The notes beneath the pieces were generated by a model, which had not been told where the DNA came from, made no database searches, and saw only the letters and a program-made list of their open reading frames with translations. Of a stretch of DNA of 32,526 nt, positions 28,529 through 32,526 are shown one piece after another (positions within the stretch are counted from its first letter, which is position 1; every line of letters begins with the position of its first letter). The DNA lies in the NCBI GenBank assembly GCA_019752775.1, contig JAIELU010000185.1, positions 1-32,526 of the forward strand, given 5' to 3'. Source of the DNA: Campylobacterales bacterium (lineage in GTDB: Bacteria; Campylobacterota; Campylobacteria; Campylobacterales; Arcobacteraceae). A program made the position numbers and the translations under genes.

Positions 28529-28598
28529 TTCTTTTCTCTGTATTATTTATTATAATTATTTTTGATATTTATTATTAGATAGTGTACTTTAATTCTTG

Positions 28599-29219
28599 TT
28601 AAAATTTGTTAATAGAAGTTTGTTTTTTCTGAATAACTACTCTAATAACACAAGCCTCACATTGATGACCAATTCCCTCATCTAAAGTTACAATCTCTTC
28701 ATATACATGTTTTTCACATGATTCAAAGTGATTTTTAAAATCCTCAATTGAATAAAGCAAATCTAAATCTTTTGGTCCGCCACTATTATAAGTTGCTTGT
28801 TTTGTTGAAAAAAATTCAGCAATAAAGTAACCATTTGGATTTAAAGAGTCTTCAATTTTTCTAAATAATTCTTCTCTTTCTCCTTTAACCATATGCAAAT
28901 ATGAGGCTACAATTACATCATATTTTTTATCAACTATCCAATGATTTAAATCCATACAAACTGTTTTAATATTTAGATTTTCGTCTTTACTTCTTAATTC
29001 AAGTTTTGCTAAACCTACATCAGAAGCATCAATGGCACTAACTTCAAATCCATTTTTTGCAAAAAGTATTGCATTTCTTCCTTCACCCTCACCTAAACAT
29101 AAAAGACTTTTATGATTTGTAAATAAATCTATTTTTGAAGATAAAAACTCATTTGCTTTGGTTCCATAAAAATAATCAATTTTTGAAAACTTTATATTCC
29201 AGAACTCTTGTTGGTTCAT
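28599..29219 (-). CDS. Class I SAM-dependent methyltransferase (TehB-like family)
   Basis: 'LCLGEGEGRNAILFA', 'AIDAS', 'LNPNGYFIAE', 'SGGP'. Confidence 0.9.
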   Translation of the reverse strand: MNQQEFWNIKFSKIDYFYGTKANEFLSSKIDLFTNHKSLLCLGEGEGRNAILFAKNGFEVSAIDASDVGLAKLELRSKDENLNIKTVCMDLNHWIVDKKYDVIVASYLHMVKGEREELFRKIEDSLNPNGYFIAEFFSTKQATYNSGGPKDLDLLYSIEDFKNHFESCEKHVYEEIVTLDEGIGHQCEACVIRVVIQKKQTSINKF

Positions 29220-29229
29220 ATGTTATCCC

Positions 29230-29844
29230 TTATTCAGTGCAATCTGTTGTTACATTATCTATTAAAGTTATATACCATTTATTATCTATTTTTGTAATAT
29301 AAAATATTATATTGTAAGGGATGGTTACTTCATAACTTGTTTGTTCAATAAAATCTGCTTTTTCAATCTCTTCTTTTTTAAACCTATTTACTTGTAAAAT
29401 ATTTGATTCTTCCATAATTTTTGTAATATATGGTATTGTTTGTGAATTTAAAAACACACCTTCTTTGTCCCAACCATATAAACTATCATCAAGCGGACTA
29501 CAATTAAAAGTTACTTTCTGCATTTTTATTTCAAAAGAATCAATTTGATTGTCTATATTTGAAATCTTATTTTTAATTTCAAATATATTTTTATGTTCAA
29601 ATTTTGTAACCTCATAGTAACCATTTATTGGATGAATATATTTGCTATTTAACATAGTTAAATTATTTTGTTTTATCAACTGTGTAATTTCATTTATTTC
29701 ATTTTTTAAATTTTGAGTTACTGGCTCTTTTTCATAAATTTTCTTTTGATTTACTTGAACTTGGCTATTACTAACCGAACAAGCCGTTAAAAAAAGAGAA
29801 ATACTTATAAAAATTAAAAAATTAAAGACTCTTTTAAAAAACAT
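29230..29844 (-). CDS. Hypothetical lipoprotein
   Basis: Signal peptide with lipobox 'LTAC'; no recognised domain. Confidence 0.8.
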   Translation of the reverse strand: MFFKRVFNFLIFISISLFLTACSVSNSQVQVNQKKIYEKEPVTQNLKNEINEITQLIKQNNLTMLNSKYIHPINGYYEVTKFEHKNIFEIKNKISNIDNQIDSFEIKMQKVTFNCSPLDDSLYGWDKEGVFLNSQTIPYITKIMEESNILQVNRFKKEEIEKADFIEQTSYEVTIPYNIIFYITKIDNKWYITLIDNVTTDCTE

Positions 29845-29982
29845 TTTTTTGTTTTCCTATTTTTTTCTTTTATATTACATTTATATATCTTAAATAATTT
29901 ATAATCCCATTTTATAGAGTTTATTTTAATATTATCTTAGCTAGAATAAATGATTAAAATTTAATTATTAGGAATTAATAAA

Positions 29983-30903
29983 ATGACTGAGTCAAAATAT
30001 ATATGGATGGATGGAGAATTTGTAAATTGGAATGATGCAAAAGTACATGTATTAAGCCACACTCTTCATTATGGGAATGGTGCAATTGAGGGAACAAAAG
30101 CATACAAAACTGTTGATGGAAGATGTGCTATTTTCAAACTTAATGAACATACACAAAGATTATTAAACTCTTCAAAAATGACACTAATGAATGTACCTTT
30201 TTCACTCGAAGAATTAAATAAAGCTCAAGTTGAATTATTGCAAAAAAATGAATTATTTGAAGGTGCATACATAAGACCATTAGTTTATTTAGGATATGGT
30301 GTTATGGGACTATATCATAAAGATGCACCTGTTAAAGTTTCTGTTTCAGCTTGGGAATGGGGAGCTTATTTAGGAGAAGAAGGTCTTAGAAAAGGTGTTA
30401 GAGTAAAAATTTCATCATTTACAAGAACTCCAAATACTTCAGGTATGGGAAAAGCAAAAGCTGTTGCAAATTATCTAAACTCTCAAATGGCAAAATATGA
30501 AGCTGTTGAAGCTGGTTATGATGAAGCACTACTTAGAGATGACCAAGGTTATATTGCAGAAGCTAGTGGTGCTTGTTTTTTTATTGTTAGAGATGGTGCA
30601 TTAATCACTCCTCCAAATGATAATACATTAGAATCAATTACTCAAGCAACAGTTATAGAATTGGCTGCTGATTTAGGGATTCCAGTTATTAGAAGAAGAA
30701 TTTCAAGAGAAGAAGTTTATATTGCTGATGAAGCATTTTTTACAGGAACTGCTGCTGAAATAACTCCAATTAGAGATGTTGATGCAAGAATTATTGGTTG
30801 TGGCTCAAGAGGTCCAATTACAGAAAAAATACAATCAGCATACTTTGATGTAGTAGCTGGTAAAAACGAAAAGTATGTTAAGTATTTAACATACGTTAAC
30901 TAA
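29983..30903 (+). CDS. ilvE: Branched-chain amino acid aminotransferase
   Basis: 'IWMDGEFV.W..AKVHVLSHTLHYG...EG.KAY', PLP lysine in 'AKAVANY', 'ADEAFFTGTAAEITP'. Confidence 0.97.
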   Translation: MTESKYIWMDGEFVNWNDAKVHVLSHTLHYGNGAIEGTKAYKTVDGRCAIFKLNEHTQRLLNSSKMTLMNVPFSLEELNKAQVELLQKNELFEGAYIRPLVYLGYGVMGLYHKDAPVKVSVSAWEWGAYLGEEGLRKGVRVKISSFTRTPNTSGMGKAKAVANYLNSQMAKYEAVEAGYDEALLRDDQGYIAEASGACFFIVRDGALITPPNDNTLESITQATVIELAADLGIPVIRRRISREEVYIADEAFFTGTAAEITPIRDVDARIIGCGSRGPITEKIQSAYFDVVAGKNEKYVKYLTYVN

Positions 30904-30948
30904 TCTTAATTATTATTAGTTAACTAAATAATTAAATCAAGGGAAATT

Positions 30949-32031
30949 ATGCCAATAGATAACGACTATTTTAAAAACAGACAACAGAACAACGGTGGTG
31001 GGAACAACAATAATGGCGGAGGAGGAAACTTTCAACCTCCATTTGAAACACCTGAATTTTTCAAAAATTTTGGGAAAAAAGCAGGAATGTTTTATGTGGT
31101 TATTATAGTTATTGCTGCACTTTTTATGTTCAAACCATTTGTAATTATTGAATCAGGACAAGTTGGTATTAAAGCAACAACTGGTAAATATGATGAAGTT
31201 CCATTAAATCCTGGTTTTCACTTTTATATTCCAGTTTTTCAAAAAGTTATAATTGTTGATACGAAAGTAAGACTTTTAAACTATAGAAGTATTGAAGAAA
31301 TGAGTGGATTTGACGCAAGTATTAAAATTAACCCAGCTATTAGCGTTCTTGATTCAAGAGGATTACCTGTTTCTATTGAACTTACAGTTCAATATAGACT
31401 TACAGCTTCAGGAGCACCTGCAACTATTGCTACATGGGGATTATCTTGGGAAGATAAGATAGTAAATCCAGTTGTAAGAAATGTTGTAAGAAATGTAGTT
31501 GGAGGGTTTAATGCAGAAGAACTTCCAATGAAAAGAAACGAAATTGCTACAATGCTTGATAATTTAATTAAACAACAAGTTACTGATTTAGCGGATGCAT
31601 CTGTTACAGTTGAGTCTGTTCAATTAAGAGAAATTGTTCTTCCAGAAAAAATTAAAGAGCAAATTGAAAGAGTTCAAATTGCAAATCAAGAATCTGAAAG
31701 AGTAAGATACGAAGTTTTAAGAGCAAAACAAGAAGCTGAAAAAAGAGCTGCACAAGCAACAGGTGAAGCAGAAGCAAAAAGAATTGAAGCACAAGGTAGA
31801 GCTGATGCTGTAACTATTGAAGCAAAAGCACAAGCTGTTGCTAATAAATCTATTGCAGAATCTTTAACTCCTAGTTTATTAAATATGCAACAAATTGAAG
31901 TTCAAGGTAGATTTAATGACGCGTTAAGAGAAAATAAAGATGCAAAAATATTCTTAACTCCTGGTGGTTCAACTCCAAATATTTGGGTTGATACTAAAGA
32001 TAAATCAAGAGATGCTATAATAAACAAATAA
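30949..32031 (+). CDS. SPFH/prohibitin-family membrane protein
   Basis: One TM helix, band-7 domain ('PGFHFYIP', 'VQLREIVLP') and Ala/Glu coiled coil ('AQATGEAEAKRIEAQG'). Confidence 0.93.
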   Translation: MPIDNDYFKNRQQNNGGGNNNNGGGGNFQPPFETPEFFKNFGKKAGMFYVVIIVIAALFMFKPFVIIESGQVGIKATTGKYDEVPLNPGFHFYIPVFQKVIIVDTKVRLLNYRSIEEMSGFDASIKINPAISVLDSRGLPVSIELTVQYRLTASGAPATIATWGLSWEDKIVNPVVRNVVRNVVGGFNAEELPMKRNEIATMLDNLIKQQVTDLADASVTVESVQLREIVLPEKIKEQIERVQIANQESERVRYEVLRAKQEAEKRAAQATGEAEAKRIEAQGRADAVTIEAKAQAVANKSIAESLTPSLLNMQQIEVQGRFNDALRENKDAKIFLTPGGSTPNIWVDTKDKSRDAIINK

Positions 32032-32056
32032 AAAGAAGTAGGAAACTACTTCTTTT
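32031..32056 (+). terminator. Rho-independent terminator after the SPFH gene
   Basis: aaaagaagtag-GAAA-ctacttctttt stem-loop. Confidence 0.75.
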
Positions 32057-32062
32057 AAAACT

Positions 32063-32326
32063 ATGAAAAAAGTCTCTTTTTTATTAATCTTCATTTCTTC
32101 CCTAATCCTAACAAATACTGTTTATGCAAAACAGGTAAAATCTGTTGTAATAATAAAACCTGAAATAAAATATGATGAAAATATTAAATACGAAGAAACT
32201 AAAGAATTCAGGAAAGAAGAAGAAAAAACATATAAAGAAAAATATGATTTTGGATTTGATATGAATATTAATAAAGAAGAAAGAACTATCGATTACTGGA
32301 AAGTCGATCTTAAAACAAACTTTTAA
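32063..32326 (+). CDS. Small secreted hypothetical protein
   Basis: Sec signal peptide ([22 protein letters not shown]); the ORF fills the intergenic gap. Confidence 0.75.
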   Translation: MKKVSFLLIFISSLILTNTVYAKQVKSVVIIKPEIKYDENIKYEETKEFRKEEEKTYKEKYDFGFDMNINKEERTIDYWKVDLKTNF

Positions 32327-32337
32327 AGGGAAAGATT

Positions 32338-32526
32338 ATGGAACAGCTAAATAAAATAGATTGGGAAAAGATGGATAATCTAATTCCAGTAATTACTCAA
32401 GATGCAGCTACAAATGAAGTTTTAATGCTTGCATATATGAATCAAGAAGCACTTGAATTAACAATAAAAACTTCATTTGCTCACTATTTTAGTAGAAGTA
32501 AACAAAGAATTTGGAAGAAAGGTGAA
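32338..32526 (+). CDS. hisIE: Phosphoribosyl-AMP cyclohydrolase HisI(E), 5' part (truncated by window edge)
   Basis: Not in the ORF track. Translates [39 protein letters not shown]...[15 protein letters not shown], the HisI signature. Confidence 0.93.
   Translation, partial: MEQLNKIDWEKMDNLIPVITQDAATNEVLMLAYMNQEALELTIKTSFAHYFSRSKQRIWKKGE

Noticed and set aside
28529-28598. Cobalamin or SAM riboswitch upstream of metH
   Set aside because: The gap is only 70 nt, almost all A/T, with no riboswitch core motifs.
1-32526. CRISPR arrays, tRNA/rRNA genes, phase-variable poly-G tracts, Pho boxes
   Set aside because: No regularly spaced repeats, RNA-gene signatures or long G/C homopolymers were seen by eye. 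The main pst promoter lies outside the window.

Overview
AT-rich bacterial chromosomal window. Gene content and order (four-subunit POR, ilvE-SPFH-hisIE, TATAAT promoters) suggest Campylobacterota, most likely Arcobacteraceae; this is an inference, not a database match. Mostly housekeeping: end of a pst operon with phoU, a PsiE-like gene and a PhoB/PhoR-like pair; rplM-rpsI; a peptide-binding protein; a HAD hydrolase; porCDAB; an AbrB-family membrane protein; an MCE (MlaE/F/D plus lipoprotein) transporter; luxS; an MnmC-type methyltransferase; a YqhD-like dehydrogenase; DUF2238, DoxX and DMT genes; metH; ilvE; an SPFH protein and the start of hisIE. Two accessory elements stand out. (1) A translationally coupled ABC-type ATPase plus HNH nuclease pair (Septu/PtuAB-like defence candidate, no reverse transcriptase nearby) between mlaE and luxS. 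(2) A frameshifted IS256-family remnant not shown in the ORF track, with one terminal repeat, fused to the orphaned start of a deleted secreted-protein gene. Weaker leads are two leaderless-mRNA candidates, a long hairpin upstream of por, a degenerate methyltransferase next to luxS, a Cys-capped DoxX protein and a small secreted protein ending in a beta-hairpin. No rRNA, tRNA or CRISPR array was seen, and nothing here can be shown to be a wholly new system without homology searches.
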